Shown here in pieces: positions 39,801-49,270 of a stretch of DNA of 64,000 nucleotides. The translations under genes and the position numbers were made by a program. Positions within the stretch are counted from its first letter, which is position 1. Every line of letters starts with the position of its first letter. A model generated the notes under the pieces. The model was given only the letters and a program-made list of their open reading frames with translations, was not told the DNA's origin and searched no databases. This stretch comes from Candidatus Poribacteria bacterium (GTDB lineage Bacteria; Poribacteria; WGA-4E; PCPOR2b), in assembly GCA_965116925.1 (NCBI GenBank), contig OZ220744.1, forward strand, positions 2,016,001 to 2,080,000. The letters run 5' to 3'.

Positions 39801-40882
39801 GCATTGCGGTCTCTATCCAACTGTGTGTGGCAATTTGGACATTGCCATGTTCTATCACGAAGGTTCAACGCTTGATTAACGGCACCACAGGCGTGACAGG
39901 TGCGGCTTGATGGATACCACTTATCTATAAATCGGACTTCACGATTCTGTTTCTTAGAGTTAATATACTTCAGTTTCTGCACGAAATCATAGAATCCCAA
40001 ATCAGAGACCTTACGACCCCAAAGGCGTTTCATGCCCTTGATGTTGAGCGTCTCCAGTGAAATCCAATCATACTGGTCTGTCAGCTCATGCGCTAGCTTC
40101 CAGTGGAAATCTTGTCGCTGGTTGGCTATCCTACGGTGCTTGCGTGCAAGGTTGCGTCTGGCACGCTCACGGTTGTTTGAACCTTTAACCTTGCGTGAGT
40201 GGTTGCGGTTGGCGCGTTTGATAGCGTTGAGACTCCGTTTGAAAAATTGTGGAGCGTCATAGTCATTATAGTCAGAGCCGGTGAGATACCGCTTGAGTCC
40301 AAAATCGAACCCCGCGCTGTTACCCGTCGTCGGTCGATTCAAGGACATCTCTACATAATCTGTCAGAATGATTATCCACACGTCTCCAACGCTGTCCCGC
40401 TTCACCGTACACCGTTTGGGAGTGCCAAGTATGTCTTGGCTCTTAAAATACCGGTATATCCGCTTACCAATACGAATATAGTTACTCTGTAGCAGGTGCC
40501 AACCCGCTTGTTTGAGGGTGTAGGACTTGTAGCTGAACCGTTTCTTAAAGCGCGGAAGCCCCGAACGCTTACCACTTTTGCGGTCAGCGAACATTTGGGT
40601 GTACGCTTTATCCAGTCGGTCTATTACGTCTTGCAACGATTGACTCGGTAGCAAGCACCAATGAGCAAATCGGGAGAGCCTTTTCAATTTTGTCAGGTGC
40701 CGCATCAGCACTTTTTTGCCCGGATAATTGCCGTACATACCGTAGTACCGACGGCACAATGCCACAAAGTGATTCCACACCTGAGCATGGCTATCAATCG
40801 TTTTGTGCAATTCACGATTACCGTGATTGCTATACATTTTGAACTTGTAGGTTTTCACTGGAATCGTCTTTCTATCTTTCAT
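39728..40882 (-). CDS. tnpB: RNA-guided endonuclease TnpB
   Basis: KTYKFKMY HTH start; RuvC D (GFDFG), E (LETL), D (DRDRNAA); Zn ribbon CHAC/CPNC. Start placed at MKDRK. Confidence 0.93.
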   Translation of the reverse strand: MKDRKTIPVKTYKFKMYSNHGNRELHKTIDSHAQVWNHFVALCRRYYGMYGNYPGKKVLMRHLTKLKRLSRFAHWCLLPSQSLQDVIDRLDKAYTQMFADRKSGKRSGLPRFKKRFSYKSYTLKQAGWHLLQSNYIRIGKRIYRYFKSQDILGTPKRCTVKRDSVGDVWIIILTDYVEMSLNRPTTGNSAGFDFGLKRYLTGSDYNDYDAPQFFKRSLNAIKRANRNHSRKVKGSNNRERARRNLARKHRRIANQRQDFHWKLAHELTDQYDWISLETLNIKGMKRLWGRKVSDLGFYDFVQKLKYINSKKQNREVRFIDKWYPSSRTCHACGAVNQALNLRDRTWQCPNCHTQLDRDRNAAINIHRVGASTLSEEVVSPSSSG

Positions 40883-41094
40883 TGCCGGTTCAACAAGTGC
40901 GGGAGACACCACCGGGCGGTGGCGTGAACCTCTCCCACTGAAAGACAAATCAACTATACCATATGCTATCTGCAAAATCAACATCTTTTCACTTACTAAC
41001 GGGCTTTGGTGGGCTACATAGGCTTCGCCCCAATTGCTCCCAACCTAAAGGATGGGGCATTGCCCGCAACATTAGGTAACGTCTTAGGGCTTTA

Positions 41095-44040
41095 TCAGGC
41101 ATCACGCACCGCATCCGCCAGAACTTCAATCAGATGTCTTGCCTCTTTGCCCGTCCCTTGTTTGACCTGCTCGCGGCAAGAGACTCCCGCGACAGCCACC
41201 TCAAAATCACCGTCCTTCTCATTGATTGCCTTGAACAGTTGGCGGCTACCTACCTGCATTGATACGTCGTAGTGTTCGGCTTCATAACCGAACGAACCTG
41301 CCATGCCGCAACACCCGGAATCGACGACATTGACATTATAGCCCGGTGGCAAGTTCAGAACCTGCTCGGAAGGTTTCACACCGACAATAGCTTTCTGGTG
41401 GCAATGTCCGTGCAACAAGATCTCTTTCTCTGTATCCTCAAAAATTAGGTCTAATTCCCCTTTTTCGTGGAGGGAGAGCAGGAACTCCTCAAGCATAAAT
41501 GTGTGTTGTGCAACGAGGTCTGTATCCGCACTAGGGATAAGATCTACATAATCGTCGCGTAACGCCAAGAGGCAGCTTGGCTCGCAGCCGACGATAGGGA
41601 TACCGTTGGCGGCGTAAGGGAGGAGGCGTTCAACGTTGTAACGCGCATTCTCAATTGCGTCTTCAAGCATACCCTTAGAGATCATCGGACGACCACAACA
41701 CCGCTTTTCTGGCAGAATCACCTCGAATCCCGCAGCTTCAAGCACAGCGGTGGCAGCCTTGCCAATACTGGGGTAGTTGTAGTTCATGAAGGTATCGTGG
41801 AAAAGGACAACCTGTTTTCGTGTCTCGTCGCCATAGCCGTTGTCGGCGGTATGATGTTTCTGAAACCACTGCTCGAAGGTTTCACGGACAAAATTGGGCA
41901 GCGATCTGCGTCGATCAATTCCTGTGAACTTTTCCATCGCCCACTTGGAGATACCGCTGTTCATGAACCAATTCGAGATAGGGGCAAATGCAGAGCCGAT
42001 TGCGCTCAGTTCGGCGATATTGCCAAACAACCGATTCCGCAGGGGCAAGCCATTTTCCTTGTAGTAGTGAGCGAGGAATTCGTACTTCAACTTTGCCATA
42101 TCCACGTTGGACGGGCACTCTGCCTTACAGGCTTTACACTCCAAGCAAAGGTCTAACACTTCGTAGAGCCGTTTCCCCTTGAAGTGATCGTGCGGCAACG
42201 TTCCAGAGAGCACGTTTCTCAGCGCATTTGCGCGACCACGGGTTGAGTGCTCCTCCTCTAATGTCGCCATGTACGAAGGGCACATTGTGCCAGTCAGTTT
42301 CTTGCGACACGCACCGACACCGTTGCACATCTCAATGGCACCGCCGAATCCTCCCTGACTGGAAAAATCGAAATAGGTGTCAATCTTAATCGCGTTGTAT
42401 GTGGGACCAAATCGCAAATTCTCCGTCATTGGTGGTGGGTCTATGATCTTGCCGGGGTTCATGATGCCCGTTGGATCGAATGCCGCTTTGACTTCGCGGA
42501 ACGCCTGATATATCTGCGGCCCGAACATACTCTCGATCCATTCACTTCTCACCAGTCCATCGCCGTGCTCACCACTCATTGCGCCGCCGAGCTCCATCAG
42601 CAGATCTCGGACATGCCGTGCGATGGAGTGCATCTTCTGAATATCCTCTTCCTTCTTGAGATTGATCACGGGACGATTATGCAATAATCCGACGCTGGCG
42701 TGCGCGTAATAGGAAGCGGTTGTGTCGTGATCCTCGACAATCTTCCCGAAGCGGCGCACATACTCCGGCAGATTTTCAATCGAAACTGCCGCGTCCTCCA
42801 CAAACCCGACCGGCTTATAGTCGCTTCTCGCGCCCATAAGCAAGCCCAACCCTGCTTTCCGCGTGTCCCATACCCGCGTTTTTTCATCTGCTGTCATACA
42901 GCGCACGAAGGCGTAACCGAGGCCGACGGATTTCATCTTCCGTTCGAGGGCATCTAGTTGGTCAAACAGTTCCTCCTCTGATTCGCCGTAGAATTCTACA
43001 GCGAGAATTGCTCCCGGGCTGCCTTGGATAAAGGTGCTGATCCGGGAAAACTCCAACGACTGTTTTGTCATATCAATGATAGTCTTGTCGATGAGTTCAA
43101 CGGCGGTGGGGTTGCATTCGAGAATCGGCTGCATCGCTTCCATCGACTCGATTAGTGTATGAAAGTGAATTACATTAAGCGCGGTCATCTTGGGGGTTGG
43201 CACAAGGTTAATCTTCGCTTCGACCGTTGTTGCAAGCGTTCCCTCTGATCCGACGATAATTTTCGCAAGGCTGAAGGGATAGTTGGCATCGCAGCCATCT
43301 CTCCGGTACGGAGTTAGATCTCTTGACCCTGCATTGGGGACATATTCATCAAGGTTGTATCCGGCAACACGCCGTAGGACTCGCGGGAACTGTTTCCGAA
43401 TCTCATCTTCGTTTTCCGATGCGATTCGACATATCTCCCGATAGATATGACTTTCGCGGGAGTCTCCCCGCTGTTTAGCGGCAAGTTCGTCAAGTGAGAT
43501 TGGTTCAACAAAAATCGCCTCTCCGTTGGATAGCCGCAGATCCAGCGACATCGTGTGATCAATGGTTTTACCGTAAATTAGGGAATGTGCTCCTGCTGAA
43601 TTGTTGCCAATTGTACCACCGATATTTGCCCGACTGCTTGTCGCCACGTCGGCGGAATACATCAGATTATGCGGCTTCAGGTACTCGTTCAACTCGTCTA
43701 TGACGACCCCCGGTTGCACCCGCGCCCAGTGCTCCTCGACATTGACCTCGATGATCTCGTTCATATATTTGGACATGTCGATGACAATTGCTTGTCCCAC
43801 CGTCTGTCCCGCCAAGCTTGTTCCGCCGCCGCGAGGCAGAATCGGTAGGTTGCGATCGTAGGCGATCTGGATGGTCTTAGTCACGTCCTCTTTGTGTCGT
43901 GGAACAACAACGCCGATGGGCTCCATCTGGTACAGGCTTGCGTCGGTGCTGTATAAGACTTTGGAATACGGATCGAAACGCACTTCACCTTCGATCTCTT
44001 TCCTTAATACCTGTTCCAGTTCGTTGTGGGAATTATTCAT
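41095..44040 (-). CDS. FAD-linked oxidase with (Fe-S)/CCG domains (YdiJ/GlcDF-like)
   Basis: RGGGTSLAGQ, SGEHGDG, CNGVGAC, CLECKACKAECP, CCGMAGSFG. Confidence 0.92.
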   Translation of the reverse strand: MNNSHNELEQVLRKEIEGEVRFDPYSKVLYSTDASLYQMEPIGVVVPRHKEDVTKTIQIAYDRNLPILPRGGGTSLAGQTVGQAIVIDMSKYMNEIIEVNVEEHWARVQPGVVIDELNEYLKPHNLMYSADVATSSRANIGGTIGNNSAGAHSLIYGKTIDHTMSLDLRLSNGEAIFVEPISLDELAAKQRGDSRESHIYREICRIASENEDEIRKQFPRVLRRVAGYNLDEYVPNAGSRDLTPYRRDGCDANYPFSLAKIIVGSEGTLATTVEAKINLVPTPKMTALNVIHFHTLIESMEAMQPILECNPTAVELIDKTIIDMTKQSLEFSRISTFIQGSPGAILAVEFYGESEEELFDQLDALERKMKSVGLGYAFVRCMTADEKTRVWDTRKAGLGLLMGARSDYKPVGFVEDAAVSIENLPEYVRRFGKIVEDHDTTASYYAHASVGLLHNRPVINLKKEEDIQKMHSIARHVRDLLMELGGAMSGEHGDGLVRSEWIESMFGPQIYQAFREVKAAFDPTGIMNPGKIIDPPPMTENLRFGPTYNAIKIDTYFDFSSQGGFGGAIEMCNGVGACRKKLTGTMCPSYMATLEEEHSTRGRANALRNVLSGTLPHDHFKGKRLYEVLDLCLECKACKAECPSNVDMAKLKYEFLAHYYKENGLPLRNRLFGNIAELSAIGSAFAPISNWFMNSGISKWAMEKFTGIDRRRSLPNFVRETFEQWFQKHHTADNGYGDETRKQVVLFHDTFMNYNYPSIGKAATAVLEAAGFEVILPEKRCCGRPMISKGMLEDAIENARYNVERLLPYAANGIPIVGCEPSCLLALRDDYVDLIPSADTDLVAQHTFMLEEFLLSLHEKGELDLIFEDTEKEILLHGHCHQKAIVGVKPSEQVLNLPPGYNVNVVDSGCCGMAGSFGYEAEHYDVSMQVGSRQLFKAINEKDGDFEVAVAGVSCREQVKQGTGKEARHLIEVLADAVRDA

Positions 44041-44199
44041 ATTTATTGTGACTCACTTTCTATTGGAACACTGTGTTTCTGAATGATTGGATTAACCTCA
44101 CATCTTAACACAGTCGAGATGAAAAGTCTATCAAAATCTTTTCTTTATAATCGTTGACTAGACCGTTTACACAAGCAGGAGTTAATCGTAGATCTCGTG

Positions 44200-44228
44200 T
44201 TGACACAATCTCAATCTCGTGCTAATAT
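44200..44228 (+). promoter_or_regulatory. Candidate promoter for the histidine kinase
   Basis: TTGACA-17 bp-TAATAT. Confidence 0.5.
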
Positions 44229-44358
44229 CTTAGGACTAACACAGTTGATTTGCTGAAGTTAGTGGTGCTGCCTATTGCGTAAAACTTCTGAATACACATC
44301 CCGAAATACCCAATATTACAAAGCATAAAACCTTCTCAGTTTTGGTAAAGGGATTAGC

Positions 44359-45879
44359 ATGAGCCTGCACACCAAATTAATATTGAATTGCATGGGGATT
44401 GTGCTGGTCATTTTGCTAGCGATGTATGGCTATCTCGATTATTCGCTGAAGCAAAACCTGAGTGAGCGAATCACGGACGACTCCATAGCACAGACAAATC
44501 TGACGCGGGAATTTCTGCTGAAGGAGATCGACACAGCTATCAGTCAACTCAGATGGCTTTTGCTGTTAGCAATCAGTGCAGGGCTTGTTTTTGCAATTTT
44601 ATTCAGTATCATTACTACCAACGTTACCACGAAACCGATTCGGGACTTGACCCAAGCCACAAAATCACTGGCGATTGGCGAACTGAACTCGCGTGTCTCC
44701 GTTGCCGCATCCGGTGAGCTTGGGGAGTTGTCCAATCATTTCAATCAGATGGCGAATCGGATAGAAACGCAAATCCATGAGATCTCCCGTGAGCGCAATC
44801 TCAGGGACAGCATCCTATCAAAGATGGTCGAGGGGGTGCTCTTAGTTGATGCACAGTTTGCCATCACCTATGCCAATTCGGCAGCGATCGCTATGTTAGA
44901 TTTTCCTGTCCATTATCAGGCACTCTCTTTGGTCGAAATCATCCCTGACCCGGGGCTAAAACGTCTCTTAAGACAAGTGACGGATACGGGGAAGGCCGGG
45001 TTCGCAGAAATTACACTGGTCAGGGCAACTGAGCGTGAGACGGAAGTTATCGTTGTGCCTGTTGGAGGGGAATATCTGGTCAGTCTCCACGATGTGAGCC
45101 AGTTGAGAAAGTTAGAGCGGATTCGATCGGATTTCGTTGCCAACGTCGCTCACGAAATGCGTGTGCCATTGACCTCAATTCACGGCTATGCGGAGACGCT
45201 TCTCAATGGTGCTTTGGAGGACACCAACGCAAACGAGCGGTTTGTAGAAAAGATTTTACAGCAATCCGCGCGGCTTTCACAGCTCGTATCGGGTCTGCTT
45301 GATTTATCTCATCTTGAATCTGGAGAAGTTAAACTGGAATTAAAACCGTGCGAGATTGACGCATTTCAAGGAACTATCTTGACCCTTTTTGAACCTGTAT
45401 TTGAGGAAGCGGATCTGACATTTGAGTGGCAGGTGCCTAACCATTTGCCCCCTGTGTTTGCGGACAAGCAGCTGATTGGACAAGTGTTAGCAAACCTAAT
45501 TGAGAACGCGATTAAGTATACACCCGCGGGTGGCGTTATCACGATTTCTGGCGAAGCCAATGACTCTGAGGTTATCATCCATGTGAAGGATACCGGAATC
45601 GGTATTCCTGCTGAAGTGCTGCCCCGAATTTTCGAGCGATTCTACCGTGTAGATAAAGGACGTTCGCGTGAGATGGGCGGCACAGGACTGGGACTTGCGA
45701 TTGCCAAACACATTCTGCTGCAACACGGTGGCAGGATATGGGTTGACAGCAGTCCGGGAGAGGGGTCGGTGTTCCACTTTGCTCTGCCGTTGCAAAGGAG
45801 AGTCTCAGCGACAGAACAGATAGCACAGCATTCTCAGATTGACGATGACCGATCCTTTGAATCCCTTAAGAATCTATAG
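44359..45879 (+). CDS. PhoR-like sensor histidine kinase (TM-TM-HAMP-PAS-HisKA-HATPase)
   Basis: VANVAHEMRVPL, NLIENAIKY, DTGIGIP, FYRVDKGRSR, GTGLGL. Confidence 0.9.
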   Translation: MSLHTKLILNCMGIVLVILLAMYGYLDYSLKQNLSERITDDSIAQTNLTREFLLKEIDTAISQLRWLLLLAISAGLVFAILFSIITTNVTTKPIRDLTQATKSLAIGELNSRVSVAASGELGELSNHFNQMANRIETQIHEISRERNLRDSILSKMVEGVLLVDAQFAITYANSAAIAMLDFPVHYQALSLVEIIPDPGLKRLLRQVTDTGKAGFAEITLVRATERETEVIVVPVGGEYLVSLHDVSQLRKLERIRSDFVANVAHEMRVPLTSIHGYAETLLNGALEDTNANERFVEKILQQSARLSQLVSGLLDLSHLESGEVKLELKPCEIDAFQGTILTLFEPVFEEADLTFEWQVPNHLPPVFADKQLIGQVLANLIENAIKYTPAGGVITISGEANDSEVIIHVKDTGIGIPAEVLPRIFERFYRVDKGRSREMGGTGLGLAIAKHILLQHGGRIWVDSSPGEGSVFHFALPLQRRVSATEQIAQHSQIDDDRSFESLKNL

Positions 45880-45888
45880 ACGTAAAAT

Positions 45889-45925
45889 AAAAAAGCCCTG
45901 TTCGGCGAAATACCAAACAGGGCTT
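45889..45925 (-). terminator. Intrinsic terminator between the convergent kinase and tRNA-Asn
   Basis: AAGCCCTGTT...AACAGGGCTT stem with a T-run on the minus strand. Confidence 0.7.
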
Positions 45926-45932
45926 AGAATAA

Positions 45933-46005
45933 CTCTCCCGGACGGATTCGAACCGCCGACAAAGTGGTTAACAGCCACCTGCTCTACCAGCTGAGCTACG
46001 GGAGA
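45933..46005 (-). tRNA. tRNA-Asn(GTT)
   Basis: TCTCCCGTAGCTCAGCTGGTAGAGCA-GGTGG CTGTTAA CCACT-...GGTTCGAATCC...GGGAGAG; CCA not encoded. Confidence 0.95.
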
Positions 46006-46054
46006 TTATTGTGCAAAAAACCGCTGGCAACATATTGTAGCACAACAGGGGTTA

Positions 46055-46083
46055 ATTATACATAATCGTTTTCGGAATTGCAA
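46055..46083 (-). promoter_or_regulatory. Sigma70 promoter of tRNA-Asn
   Basis: TTGCAA-17 bp-TATAAT with a TG extension, minus strand. Confidence 0.65.
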
Positions 46084-46325
46084 GGAAAATAAAATCAAGA
46101 GAAACAATATAAAGCAGATAAATTAATGGAAGATGCCCGGCACTGGAATAATTCTTTATAAGCAAACTTCTTTAAGCTATCGCACCGAAAGCTGGTTTAA
46201 TATAACCCCCGTTCTGAATATTACTTCAGAACTATCACTGAATATGATTGGAGCGAAATCCGTTTGAGGTGAGTGCATGTTGAGTGCTACAACTAGCAAA
46301 CCTCTATCCGTAAAGGGAGAAATAG

Positions 46326-47168
46326 ATGTCACAACCGGAACAGATTCGTATTGGTCATAGCCCTGATTCAGATGATGCCTTCATGTTCTACGCTATTGCT
46401 AACGGGTTGATACCGACCGATGGTTTTGAGATTGTCCAAGTTGCTGAGGACATTGAGAGTTTGAACAAACGCGCGGTCAACGGGGAATTAGAGGTAACAG
46501 CCATATCGGTTCACGCCTACGCCTACGTCGCCCAACACTATGCGCTGATGCCGTGTGGAGCCAGCATCGGCGATCGATATGGTCCGCTCGTTGTATCCAA
46601 AGAGCCGGTGCAGCGGGAAGCCCTCGCGGGTAAAAAAATCGCAATACCCGGTGAAATGACAACCGCCTACCTGACGTTGCGGCTCTGTCAACCCGACTTT
46701 GAGCCTGAAGTTGTCCAGTTTGATCAGATCTTGCCGTATGTTCAGGCAGGCAACGCGGACGCGGGATTGATTATCCACGAGGGACAGCTAACCTACGGTC
46801 GTGCGGGGCTGCATAAGGTGGTAGATCTGGGAGAATGGTGGCATGAGGAAACCGGATTGCCACTGCCGCTTGGGGCAAATGCTATCCGTCGAGATCTCGG
46901 TGCGGAGAAGATCCGCCGCATCACCTCACTTCTCAAGCAGAGCATTCAGTATTCGCTAGAGCATCGAGAGGGGGGCTTGGCTTACGCCATGAACTATGCG
47001 CGTGATATGGAAACGGATCTGGCAGACCAATTCGTCGGGATGTATGTGAACGACTACACCCTTGACTACGGTGAAAAGGGTAGGGCAGGGGTCAGAGAAC
47101 TGATGGAACGTGGATATAAGTCTGGTGTTATTCCGCATCAGGTTGATGTTGAATTTGCGACGGGATAG
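46326..47168 (+). CDS. mqnD: MqnD-type 1,4-dihydroxy-6-naphthoate synthase (futalosine menaquinone pathway)
   Basis: GHSPDSDDAF, GLIIHEGQL, DLGEWW...GLPLPLG, MYVNDY. Confidence 0.8.
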   Translation: MSQPEQIRIGHSPDSDDAFMFYAIANGLIPTDGFEIVQVAEDIESLNKRAVNGELEVTAISVHAYAYVAQHYALMPCGASIGDRYGPLVVSKEPVQREALAGKKIAIPGEMTTAYLTLRLCQPDFEPEVVQFDQILPYVQAGNADAGLIIHEGQLTYGRAGLHKVVDLGEWWHEETGLPLPLGANAIRRDLGAEKIRRITSLLKQSIQYSLEHREGGLAYAMNYARDMETDLADQFVGMYVNDYTLDYGEKGRAGVRELMERGYKSGVIPHQVDVEFATG

Positions 47169-47451
47169 ATACCCGTAGGTAGGTAAATTGAACATAATGT
47201 AACCCGATTTGTCACCTTGATCAGCCGAGCATGAATTTCATAGTAGGTGCCGAGTGAACTTCTGTGTAAATTGCCCGAAAATCAGTCATAGCACGGATTT
47301 CCCTCTTTTTCCCCTTTATCAAATTTCTCAAAAAACTATGAAAACTATGAAATTTCCGAGAATTTTTCAACGGTGCTTTTCAAGTAACACCTTGAGTTAA
47401 GATGTCAGGGAAAAACCGGCATATAGAATGTCGATTGGACGGTAGATCAAT

Positions 47452-48324
47452 ATGAAAAATGCGAAATTGGATGTACCCGCTCATCCCAAGGTTAATCCTT
47501 TCTTTGATGAGATGGGCGTCTATATCATCAATGATGACGTTTGTAAACCCAATCTGTTTACAGGTGAGTTCATTGACCTGATTGTTACATCTCCCCCTTA
47601 CAATGTCGGCATTGATTACGACTCCAACGATGATACACTAGGGTATGAGGATTACCTCGATTTTAGCAAGGAATGGATACAAAATTGCTACCAATGGAGT
47701 AAGCCGCACGCTCGTTTACTTCTGAACATTCCGCTTGATAAGAACAAGGGTGGGCATAGAAGCGTCGGTTCCGATCTCACGAGAATTGCACAGGCAGTGG
47801 ATTGGAAATATCACGCTACGATTGTCTGGAATGAAGGAAATATCTCCCGCCGAACTGCATGGGGATCTTGGATGTCCGCGTCCGCGCCTTACGTCATTGC
47901 CCCCGTTGAATTGATTGTTATTCTGTATAAGGACTCTTGGAAGAAACAGCTTGGCAGCAAAGAATCAGACATCTCACGCGATGAATTTATGGCGTGGACA
48001 AATGGATTATGGACATTTAACGGGGAGAGTAAAAAACGGGTGGGACACCCCGCCCCCTTTCCACGTGAGTTGCCATATCGTTGCATTAAGTTATTCAGTT
48101 ATGTTGGGGACGTTGTATTTGATCCATTTTTGGGGAGCGGGACAACCTTAATAGAAGCACAGAACAATGACCGGTTTGGTGTGGGCGTTGAAATTGACAG
48201 TGGCTATTGCGAATTGGCTCAGAAGCGGATAATGAACAGTCGGAGTCTGTTCGCAACACCGGACGAAAAGAGTTTTGCTCGACCTTCCGCAGATCCCGTC
48301 CCTAGGCAAGTGGAAAATGGTTGA
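47452..48324 (+). CDS. Site-specific DNA amino-methyltransferase (N4C/N6A, beta class)
   Basis: TSPPY precedes DPFLGSGTT; HPAPFP. Confidence 0.9.
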   Translation: MKNAKLDVPAHPKVNPFFDEMGVYIINDDVCKPNLFTGEFIDLIVTSPPYNVGIDYDSNDDTLGYEDYLDFSKEWIQNCYQWSKPHARLLLNIPLDKNKGGHRSVGSDLTRIAQAVDWKYHATIVWNEGNISRRTAWGSWMSASAPYVIAPVELIVILYKDSWKKQLGSKESDISRDEFMAWTNGLWTFNGESKKRVGHPAPFPRELPYRCIKLFSYVGDVVFDPFLGSGTTLIEAQNNDRFGVGVEIDSGYCELAQKRIMNSRSLFATPDEKSFARPSADPVPRQVENG

Positions 48325-48356
48325 ATCTGTTGGAGCGATTCAATCTCCCACGCTGC

Positions 48357-49151
48357 TTAGACATCAACCGCGATGCGCTGTCCAATACCCGTTAGCAAAC
48401 GTCCACCATCAACCACAAACGCGCTTCCCGTAACAAACGACGCGTCATCGGATGCCAGATACGCAACTGCTTTGGCGGTATCCTCTGGTTCGCCCGCACG
48501 ACCAATCGGCAACTCCGCTGCCCATCGGTCAAGCGTGCTTTGTCGATCAGCATCGGGGGAAACAATCATCGGCGTCGCCGTTGGACCGGGACAAACCGCA
48601 TTGACGCGAATGTTGTGTTTTGCGAAATCGAGAGCCATGCACTGCGTCAGCAGAATAATGGCTGCCTTCGACGCGCCGTAGACCGAATAACCACCGCCGC
48701 CAGACATACCGGCTGTGGAAGCGGTGTTGATAATCACGCCGCTGCCCGTTTGTTGCATCGCGGGGATAGCGCATCTGGAAACGAGATAGACACTTTTCAG
48801 GTTGATGTCGATGCACCGGTCCCAATCGGCTTCCGGTATTGTGGTAACGTCGCCGACAACTAGAATTCCTGCGTTATTGTGAAGGATGTCCAACTGACCG
48901 TGTTGGCGGAGGGTTTCTTGGATGAGGCGATCTGCATCTTCCGCTTTTGAAACGTCAGTTTGGACAAAAGATATTTCAGTTTGGGTTTCTTGACCGATTT
49001 CCTCGGCAACGGCTTGACCATCAAGATTTATATCAGCGATGACGATATTTGCGCCTTCGGAGGCGAACTGTTTGGCGGTTGCCTTTCCAATCCCTGAAGC
49101 CCCGCCTGTTACGATAACCGATTTTCCTTGAAATCTCATCTGTTCTCCCAA
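48357..49151 (-). CDS. SDR family oxidoreductase
   Basis: TGGASGIG, NNAG, YGASK. Confidence 0.93.
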   Translation of the reverse strand: MGEQMRFQGKSVIVTGGASGIGKATAKQFASEGANIVIADINLDGQAVAEEIGQETQTEISFVQTDVSKAEDADRLIQETLRQHGQLDILHNNAGILVVGDVTTIPEADWDRCIDINLKSVYLVSRCAIPAMQQTGSGVIINTASTAGMSGGGGYSVYGASKAAIILLTQCMALDFAKHNIRVNAVCPGPTATPMIVSPDADRQSTLDRWAAELPIGRAGEPEDTAKAVAYLASDDASFVTGSAFVVDGGRLLTGIGQRIAVDV

Positions 49152-49270
49152 TCATAATAGAGTTATTGAATGCGGGGCAATTGTACCTCAGTCTGGAAAT
49201 CAAGTCAACTATCCTAGCATCATACTTTTTTCGGCATCATCCACAAACAGCTCGAAAGTGGGTTTTATGA

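Larger units (their letters stand above)
39650..41075 (-). mobile_element. IS200/IS605-group (IS1341-like) tnpB-only element
   Basis: Right end GAAT-hairpin(CCCCACCCTTTAGGGTGTGGG)-...TCAA. Left end AATG-related hairpin, preceded by TTAC. No TSD and no tnpA. Confidence 0.82.

Noticed and set aside
40883..40984. N-terminal extension of TnpB given by the ORF track
   Set aside because: Lies in the element's left-end region; the TnpB HTH motif begins just after MKDRK at 40882.
46100..46320. Riboswitch or ncRNA upstream of mqnD
   Set aside because: No recognisable consensus by eye; an Rfam covariance search would be needed.
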